Assembly: GCA_963726265.1 (NCBI GenBank)
Contig: CAVSBQ010000002.1
Span: 640,001 to 704,000 of the forward strand
Reading direction: 5' to 3'
From: Candidatus Aenigmatarchaeota archaeon
Lineage (GTDB): Archaea; Aenigmatarchaeota; Aenigmatarchaeia; QMZP01; QMZT01
Length of the DNA: 64,000 nucleotides
A model generated the notes under the pieces. That model saw nothing but the letters and a program-made list of their open reading frames with translations, was not told the DNA's origin and made no database searches. Both the position numbers and the translations under genes were made by a program. The stretch's first letter is position 1; the number at the start of each line of letters is the position of its first letter. Positions 30,589-40,752 of the stretch are shown one piece after another.

Positions 30589-31353
30589 ATGACCAGGATA
30601 ATTGCGATTTCTTCGGGCAAGGGGGGCGTCGGCAAAACAACCCTCGTTTCTAACCTCGCCGCGGCGCTCGCCCAATACGGCAAGTCGGTGGTCGCAGTCG
30701 ACGCGAACCTTACGACATCGAATCTCGCGCTCCATCTCGGCATGCATCTTTACCCCAAAACGATACATGACGTTTTCGAGGGCAGGGCGAAAATAAAGGA
30801 TGTCATGTATGCCCACAAGTCCGGCTTCAAGGTAATTCCAGCGGACATTTCGCTGAGGCGGAACAGGAACCTGAAATCGCACGATTACATAGACGTCCTT
30901 TACAGATTGTTGGAAGGCCATGATTTCATCCTTATAGATTCGCCGGCCGGCCTTGGCAGGGATTCGCTCGCCGCGCTAGAGGCCGCCGACGAGCTGATAA
31001 CGATAACAAACCCCGAGCTGCCCGCAGTCACGGATGCGCTGAAGCTCACGCTGCTTGCGAAAAAATACTCCACGCACAACCTTGGCGTGGTCATCAACCG
31101 GATAAAGAGGGAAACGCATGAGATGCCAAGCGATCACATAGCGAGTATGCTTGGCCTTCCGGTCATAGGCAAGATACCAGAGGACAGGGAAGTGAGGAAA
31201 GCGATAGCGCTCAAGGAGCCTGTTGTAATTTACAACCCGAGATCGCCTGCCGCGCAGCACATAAGAGCGATAGCAGCAGGCCTCATAGGAGAAACATTCG
31301 AGCCGAAAATGCCGTGGAGCTACCGCCTTTCCAACTGGCTGGCTTCAAGATAG
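30589..31353 (+). CDS. minD: MinD/ParA family ATPase
   Basis: SGKGGVGKT, DSPAG, IPED. Confidence 0.9.
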   Translation: MTRIIAISSGKGGVGKTTLVSNLAAALAQYGKSVVAVDANLTTSNLALHLGMHLYPKTIHDVFEGRAKIKDVMYAHKSGFKVIPADISLRRNRNLKSHDYIDVLYRLLEGHDFILIDSPAGLGRDSLAALEAADELITITNPELPAVTDALKLTLLAKKYSTHNLGVVINRIKRETHEMPSDHIASMLGLPVIGKIPEDREVRKAIALKEPVVIYNPRSPAAQHIRAIAAGLIGETFEPKMPWSYRLSNWLASR

Positions 31354-31361
31354 CAATCGGC

Positions 31362-33035
31362 TCAACTTTTTATCAGGCGTGATATGGCGTCCAGGTCAAC
31401 CTCGAAGGCGCAAACAGGCTGTTCCACACCGAAGTTTTCGAGAACCTTTGGATGCACCTCACCGACGAGTGCTATGTCACTGCCGTCTGAAGCCACTATT
31501 TTCCCGACCCGCCCTTCAATGAAAGAGCTGTGCTCCATTTCAACGATCCCGTAATTTATGCCAAGGCCGTTCATCAGCGAGTCGAGGCCCTGCTTCGCTT
31601 TCGTGAAGTTCGCATCCGCGCCGGCGTATGCCCATGCCATCTTTGCAGGGCTTCTCGTCCGCGTTTCAGCCTTTGCGTCGAACAGCACGACTTCTCCTAT
31701 TTCAAATATGTTCTGCGGATATTCATTGCTCGTGTTGCTGGAAAGGAATTCCATGAGTGACGGCAGCAGCCATGTCCTGAAGACGCTCCAGGTCTTCGAT
31801 ACAGGTTTGTCTATTTCTATGAACTTTGTGCTTTCCGCGCCCATCTTTTCTATGAGGTTGCTTCTGTTCGTCAATATGTAAGAAAGGATTTCCTGTGAGC
31901 CAAGGCCGATCATTATGTCGGCAGCCACCCTTGACAGCACGTTTATCGGAGTCAGCTCCCCATTGCTTGCAAGCCTCGGTTTTATCGGCCCGATTCTGTT
32001 GTAGCCGTAAGAAATTAATATGTCTTCTATCACGTCGACGTCGTGCATTATGTCCTGCCTGTATGCCGGGCAGGCAACAATGAACTCCCTGCCCCCGGTC
32101 TCAATGCCATACCTTGATGCAAGGAGCAGCCTTTTTACGTCCGCCGTTTTCAGGTCCAGGCCGGAAAGGCTCTTTATGCGGTCAAGCCCGACCGCTATTT
32201 TTTTCGGCCTGAAATCCGGGGTTTCAATTTTGCCTTCGGGAAAAATCACGTCGACAGTTTCGATGCTCCCGCCCCTTTCCGCGAGGGCCGCAACCATGAC
32301 GTTCAGCGCGGGCATGAGGAATTTCATATCGAAGCCGGAGCATTCGATGAACACGTCCTTTGTGTTTTCCGTAACCTTCCCGCTGTAGTCTGAATTTATT
32401 ATCGGTGGCATGGAAAGCACGCTGCCCTTTGAATCCACGAACACCGGATACATGCGCAGGCCCGCCAGCAGGTGGCCGTATTCCCTGCCTTTCGGGTGCT
32501 GAGAGAGCACCTCATCGAGTTTCAGCTCCCTGTCAAAGTCGAGCGGAATGAAGCTTATTGCATCAGGCCTATAGGCTCGGAAATGTACCGGAGGAGCTAT
32601 GCTGCTGTAGTCATAAATGCCGAGCGCAACCTCCCTTCGGCCCCGTCCGAAATTTTCACATATCTTTTCCTGCAGCTGTATGATCTGGAAAAGGCTTTCA
32701 TCGTCAATATTGAGGCCCTTTACTACGGCGCAGGCGGTTTTTGGCCTTATGCCTTTCAGGTTCCTGTCCACTATCACCTTAAGCCCGGATTTTTTAGTCC
32801 TGAATTTGACCAGCCCCGTGTCTTTGGTGAACCTTGCCCGCAGTTCGCGTGCGATGCCTTCTGTCGACCACAGGTCAGGCCTGTTGGTGTCGGCTATCTC
32901 TATTTTTATGCGGTCGCCGTCAAGGCTTTCAATTTCGCCTTTTACATATCCAAGCGCTTCTTCCAGGCCCTTGGCTGTGAATTTCTTTCCAGTAAGCCTG
33001 TTCAGATCCTCAAGCGATATGTCAAGCGTCGGCAT
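31362..33035 (-). CDS. pheT: Phenylalanyl-tRNA synthetase beta subunit
   Basis: NRPDLWS, PPIINS, YRQDIMH.VDVIED. Confidence 0.96.
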   Translation of the reverse strand: MPTLDISLEDLNRLTGKKFTAKGLEEALGYVKGEIESLDGDRIKIEIADTNRPDLWSTEGIARELRARFTKDTGLVKFRTKKSGLKVIVDRNLKGIRPKTACAVVKGLNIDDESLFQIIQLQEKICENFGRGRREVALGIYDYSSIAPPVHFRAYRPDAISFIPLDFDRELKLDEVLSQHPKGREYGHLLAGLRMYPVFVDSKGSVLSMPPIINSDYSGKVTENTKDVFIECSGFDMKFLMPALNVMVAALAERGGSIETVDVIFPEGKIETPDFRPKKIAVGLDRIKSLSGLDLKTADVKRLLLASRYGIETGGREFIVACPAYRQDIMHDVDVIEDILISYGYNRIGPIKPRLASNGELTPINVLSRVAADIMIGLGSQEILSYILTNRSNLIEKMGAESTKFIEIDKPVSKTWSVFRTWLLPSLMEFLSSNTSNEYPQNIFEIGEVVLFDAKAETRTRSPAKMAWAYAGADANFTKAKQGLDSLMNGLGINYGIVEMEHSSFIEGRVGKIVASDGSDIALVGEVHPKVLENFGVEQPVCAFEVDLDAISRLIKS

Positions 33036-34543
33036 CAAAGCACCTTCCTCGCCTTTCTGAGAAAATCGATATCATTTGAAAAAAGATCCCTTATATCGTT
33101 TACCCCGAGCTTAATCATGGCAAGCCTGTCAAGGCCGAAACCCCAGGCAATCACAGGCTCCTTCACTCCTAACGGAAGGGTCAGCTCCGGCCTGAAGATG
33201 CCTGCGCCGGCAAGTTCCATCCAGCCGAATTCAGGATGTTTTGCGGACACCTGCACCGATGGCTCCGTGAACGGAAAGTAATCCGGAAGAAATTTGACCT
33301 CGCTGATCCCGGTTATTTCGAATATGAACTGCTCAAGGAGGCCGAGAAGGTGCCTGAATGACAAATCCTTGCCGATGACAAAGCCGCCGAGCTGGTTGAA
33401 TTCGACGCCGTGCTTTGCGTCTATCACATCCGGCCTGAAGCAGCGGACCAGGCTGAAATATTTGCCGGGGATTTCAACTCCCCTTGCCAGAAAGCGCGGC
33501 GATATCGCGGTGTCATGCGCCCTGGGCACGAGCTGCGACGCAGTTTTTTCATCCCACGCGTATCTCCAGCCAAGCGAACCACCGATGCCTCGTTCATGCG
33601 CTTTTTTCACGGCAGACACCAGTTTTTTGTCCGGAAGCGTTCCGTATTTCGGCTCCTTTATCCTGTAGGTCGCGCTCCAGCTCCTGGCCGGATGGTTTTG
33701 CGGCTGGAAAAGCGCATCAAAGTTGAAGAATTCCGTTTCTATTATGGGCCCGTTCATTTCCCTGAAGCCGAGCGAAACCAGCTTCTCCCTGACGTTCTGC
33801 AGGAACTCGCTGTAGGGCTGCCTCTTGCCGTAGTTTATCCTGGGCACACCAGTCCTTATGTCATACCTTCTGAACCGTTTGCCTTTCCACGACTTTTCCC
33901 TGAGCATGCCGGGCGTCAGGTTTTCCAGGAGGTTCATGTGTGCGGCTTTCGGCATCCTCGCCAGCTTCCTCCCCACGTCTGTCAGTTCAACATATTTCAG
34001 CCTTACGACGTCCTTCCTTATTATGTCCCTTCTCCTGAGGAGCCTGCTGACCACGCTCTTTTCGTTTTCGTCCATTTCCTCGAAAACCTTCGGCAGCTTT
34101 TTGAGCAGTTCATCCTCCGGGAAGCCCTCCCTGACAAGCCTTTCCCTTTCGCTCGTGGGCTCTATTGCATCCCCCGCGATTGTTATTGCGTATTTCGCTT
34201 TGAGAAGGCCCAGGCATATCCTTATTTCATCATCATCGAGCTTTGTAACTTTCTTCAGCTCTCCCACAGTCATTTTATTTTTTAGCGCATCGAGAAATCT
34301 TTTTTCGGGAAGGCCGTGCTTCAGGTAAGCCCTGCCGTTCTCTCCCAGTTCCACGATTTCCTTCGGTGTTGTACTTACCTTGACCGCTCCCTTGTTTTCC
34401 AGCCACTGGAGGGCGCGCATGACCTCTATTTCCATCAGGCCGGAAGTTTTCGAAATATCACGCAGCTCGGCGCCGTCCCTGATGAAGGGCAGTACGCCCC
34501 TTTCCACCGGGCTGAGCGTTTCGAGAATTTTCTGCAAATCCAT
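33035..34543 (-). CDS. pheS: Phenylalanyl-tRNA synthetase alpha subunit
   Basis: NFDALFQPQNHPAR, YFPFTEPS, GIFRPE. Confidence 0.96.
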   Translation of the reverse strand: MDLQKILETLSPVERGVLPFIRDGAELRDISKTSGLMEIEVMRALQWLENKGAVKVSTTPKEIVELGENGRAYLKHGLPEKRFLDALKNKMTVGELKKVTKLDDDEIRICLGLLKAKYAITIAGDAIEPTSERERLVREGFPEDELLKKLPKVFEEMDENEKSVVSRLLRRRDIIRKDVVRLKYVELTDVGRKLARMPKAAHMNLLENLTPGMLREKSWKGKRFRRYDIRTGVPRINYGKRQPYSEFLQNVREKLVSLGFREMNGPIIETEFFNFDALFQPQNHPARSWSATYRIKEPKYGTLPDKKLVSAVKKAHERGIGGSLGWRYAWDEKTASQLVPRAHDTAISPRFLARGVEIPGKYFSLVRCFRPDVIDAKHGVEFNQLGGFVIGKDLSFRHLLGLLEQFIFEITGISEVKFLPDYFPFTEPSVQVSAKHPEFGWMELAGAGIFRPELTLPLGVKEPVIAWGFGLDRLAMIKLGVNDIRDLFSNDIDFLRKARKVL

Positions 34544-34594
34544 AGATTAATAATGATATTCCTTTTTTATAATTGTTAGACCACAAATCTTTAC

Positions 34595-35357
34595 ATGGAC
34601 ACGAACGAATACAACAGGAATTTCTATTCAGACCTGTTCGAAAAGGAGCCGGAAAGGTATTACAGAATACAGCAAAAGAAGATGAAAATAGTGGCCTCTT
34701 TGTTTGAAAAGCATGCTGAAGGCCGCATCCTGGACGTCGGCTGTGGCGACGGCCTGATAGCAACTTTCATCGCGGACAAGACCGGGGCCACGCTTTTCGG
34801 GGTTGACATAAGCCACAGCTCCGTATCCAAGGCCGCGAAAAAGAGGAATAGTGGCAAAGGTAATCAACATCGATACCGACGAATTCCCGTTCGAGAAGGA
34901 GAGCTTTGACGCCGTTTTCTGCGGCGACGTGCTGGAGCACATTTATGATACTGAGAACCTTCTCATGAAGATAAATGCCTTGCTGAAAAACGGCGGCTAT
35001 CTGATAATATCGGTCCCGAACATAGCTTCATGGTATAACCGGGGTTTTCTCCTGCTTGGCTTCATGCCTACGTGGATCGAGTCATCAGTAAGGACATATA
35101 CGGGAAACCCGTTCATAAAGGAGGGCGTTGGCCACATACACGCGTTCACCAGGCGCTCGCTTTCCGAGCTTCTCGACATAAACGGTTTTGCCGTGGAAAA
35201 GGCGGCGGGAAGCCCGGTGCTTGCGGACGGGACGCGCAAGAAATGGAAGGAAAAAATATGGGATGGCGTCGACTCGGTATTTGCCAGAAAGGTCACGCTT
35301 GCGTCAACGATAATTATAAAGGCAAGAAAATGCAAACATCTTGAAAAGAGGGATTAG
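34595..35357 (+). pseudogene. Class I SAM methyltransferase split by a +1 frameshift (possible sequencing error)
   Basis: LDVGCGDG in the first frame; FDAVFCGDVLEH in the second; extra A in the run at about 34838-34842. Confidence 0.8.
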
Positions 35358-35359
35358 GC

Positions 35360-36379
35360 ATGCTCAGCGCAAAAAAAATTCTGTTCAACAGCGTGACGAT
35401 AAGTCTACCGAAGAATATAGTCCAGTTCTCCCTGGGCATCATTTTGTACATATTCGTCATAGGCATGCCCGATGCATACATTGTGCTGCTTTCGCTGGCA
35501 GGCTTCCTTATCGCCTACTCGTCAGTTTATCTCTACAACGACCTCGTGGACTTTGAGGAGGATAAAAAGGACACGGAGAAGATGAAATGGAAGCTGGTGG
35601 CAGGAGGCATGATAAGCGCGGGGGTCGCCAAGATGCTGACCATCCTTTTTGTGGCCGCAGGTCTGGGAATATCGTTCGCCGTTAACAGATGGTTTTTCCT
35701 GATGGTTCTCGCCATGCTTTTCCTGAATTTTTTGCACTCCTCTCCGTATACGAGGTTCAAAAAAGGCCTTTACAGAACATCAGTGAACATGAGCGCCATA
35801 GAGCTTTTGAAATTTTCATGCGGCTGGTTCGCGCTCACCTCCGACATAGTCAAGTTCCCCTTCTGGCTCATGCTGGCCTTCTCGGTGGTTTATACCACCA
35901 GTTACATAGTCTACAAATTCAAGTTCAGGGGCAGCACTATCAAAAACAGGAAAGAACTTTTCATCGCACTCGGTGCCGTCGGATTTTTATCATACGGCAT
36001 GTCCTTCATCCAATACGGGTTCCCCGTGAGCATGACGCTGCTTGTGATAATACCCATGTTCATCATTCTGCTGTTCAAAAAAATGGACATCGATTTCCAC
36101 AGGATAAGCAACATGATAGTCATAGAATACCTCCTGTTGCCGATAGTCATAATATCATTCGCCGTGCTTATGATACCTTTTGTCAGCCAGGCGAACCAGC
36201 ATATTGCAAGCACGCTCGACACATACAAGGAAAACGTGATGAAAGACGTCCCCGACAACATAATGAAGCCGGTCGACAACCTGACCGATGAGCTTAAAAA
36301 ATACCAGACGCTCGAGGACCTGGAAAAGGAAGTCAAAACCAACATCGAGAACATGACCCAGAACATTACCGGCGGATAA
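35360..36379 (+). CDS. UbiA prenyltransferase-like membrane protein
   Basis: [10 protein letters not shown] motif, multiple TM segments. Confidence 0.75.
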   Translation: MLSAKKILFNSVTISLPKNIVQFSLGIILYIFVIGMPDAYIVLLSLAGFLIAYSSVYLYNDLVDFEEDKKDTEKMKWKLVAGGMISAGVAKMLTILFVAAGLGISFAVNRWFFLMVLAMLFLNFLHSSPYTRFKKGLYRTSVNMSAIELLKFSCGWFALTSDIVKFPFWLMLAFSVVYTTSYIVYKFKFRGSTIKNRKELFIALGAVGFLSYGMSFIQYGFPVSMTLLVIIPMFIILLFKKMDIDFHRISNMIVIEYLLLPIVIISFAVLMIPFVSQANQHIASTLDTYKENVMKDVPDNIMKPVDNLTDELKKYQTLEDLEKEVKTNIENMTQNITGG

Positions 36380-36381
36380 AA

Positions 36382-37044
36382 TCAGATTTTCCTGCCAATC
36401 TTAGCTACAAAAGTCTTCCAGTGCGGCCCGATTCCGGTCTTTGAGCCGGCGGTTTCAATCCTGCCCCTTTTTATCGCTTCCAATATTCCCTGCTTCGTTC
36501 TGCCGGCTTCCACTATCGCATAAGCAGAGCCTATCTCTGCCGTGAAATGCGCGTCCGAGCCGCAGGTTGCCGCCAGCTTATGTTTCGCCGCGAATTCGAG
36601 CGCCTGCCTGTTGAACCTGCTGACGAGCGTCCTGGCATTGAATACCTCGACGGCGTCTATATAGCCTATTATTTTTTTCATCTCGTTGCCGACGCCTTCC
36701 CTGAACCTGTCGAAAGGATGGGGTATTATTATGAAGCCGCCCTGCTCCTTCACCAGTTTGCATGTTCGCAGCAGCGAAAGCCCGGGAGGGACGTCCTTTT
36801 TCAGGTTAAGGCCTATGATTTCACCGCTGCCGGTTTTTATTTCCGAACCTACGAAAACCAGCATGCCGCCGGCGATTTTCTCCGTTTCAAAACCACCTTT
36901 CACGCTGTTGTGGTCGGTTACGGCTACGGCATCGAGACCAGCGCTCTTAGCTGCTTTTATTATTTCAAGCGGGGACATGTCGCCATCCGCTGAGAAATGC
37001 GAATGGACGTGAAAATCGACTTTCAGGCTGCGCTTCGTCGGCAT
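36382..37044 (-). CDS. PHP-domain phosphoesterase
   Basis: DFHVHS, TDHN, HPF, GSDAH. Confidence 0.92.
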   Translation of the reverse strand: MPTKRSLKVDFHVHSHFSADGDMSPLEIIKAAKSAGLDAVAVTDHNSVKGGFETEKIAGGMLVFVGSEIKTGSGEIIGLNLKKDVPPGLSLLRTCKLVKEQGGFIIIPHPFDRFREGVGNEMKKIIGYIDAVEVFNARTLVSRFNRQALEFAAKHKLAATCGSDAHFTAEIGSAYAIVEAGRTKQGILEAIKRGRIETAGSKTGIGPHWKTFVAKIGRKI

Positions 37045-37088
37045 AGTATCTTATTAAAACGGACACAATAAATTTATATGTGATTGCG

Positions 37089-38561
37089 ATGGACAAGGCA
37101 CTCCACATACAGCAGGTTGCCGATCAACGGGGCATATACTTCCCTTCAGCAGAAATACATTCGCCCTTGGCCGGTTTCCTGGATTTCGGCCACATCGGGA
37201 CTGTGCTCAGGAGAAAGCTGATAGAGCTGTGGCGGATGGAAGTCGTCAGGAAAACGGATTCGCTTGAAATCGACGGCTGCGTCATACTGCCAAAAAAGAA
37301 CTTCGAGGCCTCTGGCCATCTCAAGAATTTTGTCGACCCCCTGGTGCAGTGCAAAAAATGCCACAAGATATTCCGAGCCGACAAGCTGATAGAAGAGGCG
37401 ACTGGGAAAGCGGTCCCGGAGGCGATGGCATCCGAGGAGTTCAACGGCCTCATAGAAAAGCATGCGGTGAAATGCCCCGAATGCAAGGGTGCGCTGGCGA
37501 AAGTCCAGAAATTCAACATGATGATAGGCGTTTCGATAGGGCCGCTCACGGACGAGAAAAACGCGTATCTCAGGCCTGAAACGTGCCAGAACATATTCAC
37601 GGACTTCCTGAAGCTGTACAAGACTGCGAGGGTCTCGCTTCCCCTGGGCATATCCCAGGTCGGCAGGTCCTTCAGGAACGAGATTTCGCCTCGTCAAGGC
37701 CCGATGAGGACAAGGGAGTTCACGCAGATGGAAACCGAGGTCTTCTTCAACCCGAAAAAAATAAACGAGTTTCCCGGGTTCGATAAATACAGGCATTACG
37801 AGCTACGCCTCAGACTCGCCGGCAAGGAGACGCAGGCCATCACGCTCGAAAAGGCCGTGGAGAAAAAAATCATATCGGGCAAGCTTATCGGCTATTATCT
37901 TGCTATAACCCAGCAGTTTTTCGAGAAGTGCGGCTTCGCCGCCAAAGACATGCGCTTCCGCGAACTCGAAGAGAACGCTAGGGCATTCTATTCAAAAGAG
38001 ACATGGGACTTCGAGATAAAGACGGATATCGGATGGATAGAGATGGTCGCGTGCAATTACAGGACGGATTTCGACCTTTCCTCGCACACGAAAGTTTCGG
38101 GTGCGGACCTTTCCGTTGTCGAGGACGAGGAGAAATTCGTGCCGCACGTTTTCGAGCTTTCCATGGGCCTGGACAGGATATTCTACGCGGTCCTCGAGAA
38201 TTCGCTCGTTGAGAGAGCGGGTAAACCGGTCCTGCAGTTCCCGCGTTCGCTGACGCCCCTCGATGCGGTAATACTGCCCCTCGTCAAGAAGGATGGCATC
38301 GATGCGAAAGCGAAGGCGATACACGATGCGCTCAAAACGAGATTCGAGACCAAATACGACGAGAAGCAGTCGATAGGCAAGCGCTATGTCATATACGACC
38401 AGCTCGGCGTTCCGCTGGCAATAACAGTCGACTATGATTCGCTGAAAAACGACGACGTCACGCTCCGCGACCGCGACTCCATGAAGCAGATACGCATTAA
38501 GATAAAAGACCTGCCGCAAAAACTCGGGGAATTTTTCGAAGGCAGGAATATTTTTCAGTAG
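37089..38561 (+). CDS. glyS: Glycyl-tRNA synthetase (alpha2 type)
   Basis: YLRPETCQ, FRNEISPRQG, REFTQME, anticodon-binding domain. Confidence 0.96.
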   Translation: MDKALHIQQVADQRGIYFPSAEIHSPLAGFLDFGHIGTVLRRKLIELWRMEVVRKTDSLEIDGCVILPKKNFEASGHLKNFVDPLVQCKKCHKIFRADKLIEEATGKAVPEAMASEEFNGLIEKHAVKCPECKGALAKVQKFNMMIGVSIGPLTDEKNAYLRPETCQNIFTDFLKLYKTARVSLPLGISQVGRSFRNEISPRQGPMRTREFTQMETEVFFNPKKINEFPGFDKYRHYELRLRLAGKETQAITLEKAVEKKIISGKLIGYYLAITQQFFEKCGFAAKDMRFRELEENARAFYSKETWDFEIKTDIGWIEMVACNYRTDFDLSSHTKVSGADLSVVEDEEKFVPHVFELSMGLDRIFYAVLENSLVERAGKPVLQFPRSLTPLDAVILPLVKKDGIDAKAKAIHDALKTRFETKYDEKQSIGKRYVIYDQLGVPLAITVDYDSLKNDDVTLRDRDSMKQIRIKIKDLPQKLGEFFEGRNIFQ

Positions 38562-39649
38562 CCCCTGTTTTTGTCTTTCTGCTTGTATATCTCGCCTTCC
38601 ATCCTTTCCAGGAAGATTTTCATGGCCTTTATGGGCTCCCATTCATAATCGTTTGCGTAGAAATTGCCCCCGTCCGTCACGAACCTGCCCTGGACAGAGT
38701 ATTTCATCCTCTCGTTCCTGTTCTCCTTCCTCTTGTGAACGCTGACGTGTATCACGACGTAGGACAGCTTCACGACCTTGAGGACCTTCTGGACGGCCTT
38801 TTCTATCATCTCGTCTATCCTTTTCCTGACGAACTCGTCCTCGTCATGCAGGCCGCTCACCCTTATGTAAACCGTTTCAAGCGACTTGCCTATCATCTTG
38901 AATATGTCCTTTATCGTTATGATGCCCATGAACTTGCCGTCGTCCTCGACGATGGCCGTGCAGGTCTCTTCCTTGGATATTTTTTTCACCACCTGCTCCA
39001 TCCCTTCCTCCGGGCCGATTCTCATCACCGCCGCATTCAGAAACCTGCTTATTGTTATGTCGCCTATTCTCGCCTTTTCGCCAACCCTTTCACCGAAGCT
39101 GGACCTCTCCCTGTCGGTAAGCATCTTTGCAAGGCTCATGCTGTCGGCAAGGCCTGCGAACTTTCCCCTACCATCGATTATGGGTATTCTGCTGGCGCCG
39201 GTGTCCCTCATGACGGACGTGATCGTCAGGAGCGTGTCATTGATGCTGGCGCAATAAGGCATCTGCATGATGTCCTTCGCTTTTTTGCCTGCAAAAACCT
39301 CTTTCTTGACGAAGCCGAGCAGCTTGGGTTTCGTGATGACGTATATTTTGCCCTCCTTTTCGACAGGCACGGACCTGAACTCGCTGACCAGCATGTAATT
39401 CATTATGTCCTCGACTGGCGTTTCAACGGAAAACATGCTCACGGGCTTCATGAAGTATGCTATCTTCATTTTCTGCGGCTCGCTCACCCTCCTTTTGAGC
39501 ATGTCGTCCAGCGTTACTATACCCTTCAGCTCGCCGTCGAAAATGAAGGCTTCATATTTTTTGTCCTCGGTCATCCGTGACGTGACGTGAGAAAGGGTGT
39601 CATCTGGCTTGACTAAGAACGCGCTTTCAAGAACGTCTTCGAGTTTCAT
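38555..39649 (-). CDS. 4xCBS protein with C-terminal HPF/RaiA-like domain (candidate hibernation factor)
   Basis: Four CBS repeats followed by about 100 aa with a beta-alpha-beta-beta-beta-alpha pattern. Confidence 0.75.
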   Translation of the reverse strand: MKLEDVLESAFLVKPDDTLSHVTSRMTEDKKYEAFIFDGELKGIVTLDDMLKRRVSEPQKMKIAYFMKPVSMFSVETPVEDIMNYMLVSEFRSVPVEKEGKIYVITKPKLLGFVKKEVFAGKKAKDIMQMPYCASINDTLLTITSVMRDTGASRIPIIDGRGKFAGLADSMSLAKMLTDRERSSFGERVGEKARIGDITISRFLNAAVMRIGPEEGMEQVVKKISKEETCTAIVEDDGKFMGIITIKDIFKMIGKSLETVYIRVSGLHDEDEFVRKRIDEMIEKAVQKVLKVVKLSYVVIHVSVHKRKENRNERMKYSVQGRFVTDGGNFYANDYEWEPIKAMKIFLERMEGEIYKQKDKNRGY

Positions 39650-39653
39650 GAGA

Positions 39654-39854
39654 TCACAAGCCGCTTTTGCCGATCCTTTGCATTTCCTTCGTTATGTAGC
39701 CAGCGACTATGTTCCTTATTTTCTTCGATTTTATGTCCTTCAGCTTTCCCAGAGCTTCCTTGTTCTTCTCGAAATCAGTCGTGAACTTGTCGCTGTGGTC
39801 GCGTATCAGCTGGTCTCCGAGCGCCTTGACGGGGATGTTTTTTATCCTTCCCAT
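39654..39854 (-). CDS. rps17e: Ribosomal protein eS17
   Basis: MGRIK...FTTDFEKNK...SKKIRNIVAGYIT. Confidence 0.96.
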   Translation of the reverse strand: MGRIKNIPVKALGDQLIRDHSDKFTTDFEKNKEALGKLKDIKSKKIRNIVAGYITKEMQRIGKSGL

Positions 39855-39896
39855 ATTTCCACCTTCGCAATATTACTTATTCCCACCAATGTATAT

Positions 39897-40751
39897 TTAA
39901 AACATTGTTAACTGGAACTGGCCCAGGACAGAGAATATGGTGTAGCCTATAACTATCAACACTATGCTGTGCTTGAAGCCGGCAATAAGCGAGCCTTCTG
40001 CCATTTTCCCCGTGGCCAGGCCGGCAAAAAGGCCCTGGACGAGGATGAAGTTCACGAAGGTCTGGTTGTATATCTCGACCGGAGCCGTCTGGGTTACGGC
40101 CTCCTCCATGAGGCTGGGCGACATCTGCATGCTGCCAAGCGTCGGGATAAGGAAGGATTTCAGGATAAGCAGGATGAAGATGAAAACGAAGAATATCATG
40201 TATGACGTGACAAGCTGGGACTGGACCGACGCCGAGCGCTCCTGCCGTATTTTGTTTATCTCCACAAGCGACTGGCCTATGGCCTTGAGCGTTTCCGATA
40301 TCTTGCCACCGACCTTGTAGGTTTCTATTATCGTGCTCACGGACCTTTTTATCGGCGTGGACCTTACCTTATCCGAAAATATGTTCAGCGCCTTCTCGAA
40401 GGGTATGCCCCACTCCACCTTGCTTTCCAGCTCCCTTATGTATCCGGACATGGACCTGTAATCCCTCCTGGAAACGTGTTTCAGCGCGATGGGCAGGGTC
40501 ATGCCTGAGTCGATCGCCTCTGTCAAGTCGGTTATGAATATGATGAACTGCTCTTCTACTTCCTTGCTTACCCTGTATTTGCCGTAAAAAAGCAGGAACG
40601 GCGGGACAATCGCTATCATCGCACCGAGCACGTTCAGCAGCGGCACCACAAAAGGCAAGAAGGCCGAAACCACGAAGAAGTTGATGAGCAGTATCACTAT
40701 CCCTATAAACACGAAAAATATTTCGAATAACAGGACCTTGTTTATTTCCAT
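39897..40751 (-). CDS. T2SS-F/PilC-like pilus platform protein
   Basis: T2SSF domain between TM segments; GKMAEGS..AGFKH. Confidence 0.88.
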   Translation of the reverse strand: MEINKVLLFEIFFVFIGIVILLINFFVVSAFLPFVVPLLNVLGAMIAIVPPFLLFYGKYRVSKEVEEQFIIFITDLTEAIDSGMTLPIALKHVSRRDYRSMSGYIRELESKVEWGIPFEKALNIFSDKVRSTPIKRSVSTIIETYKVGGKISETLKAIGQSLVEINKIRQERSASVQSQLVTSYMIFFVFIFILLILKSFLIPTLGSMQMSPSLMEEAVTQTAPVEIYNQTFVNFILVQGLFAGLATGKMAEGSLIAGFKHSIVLIVIGYTIFSVLGQFQLTMF

Positions 40752-40752
40752 T

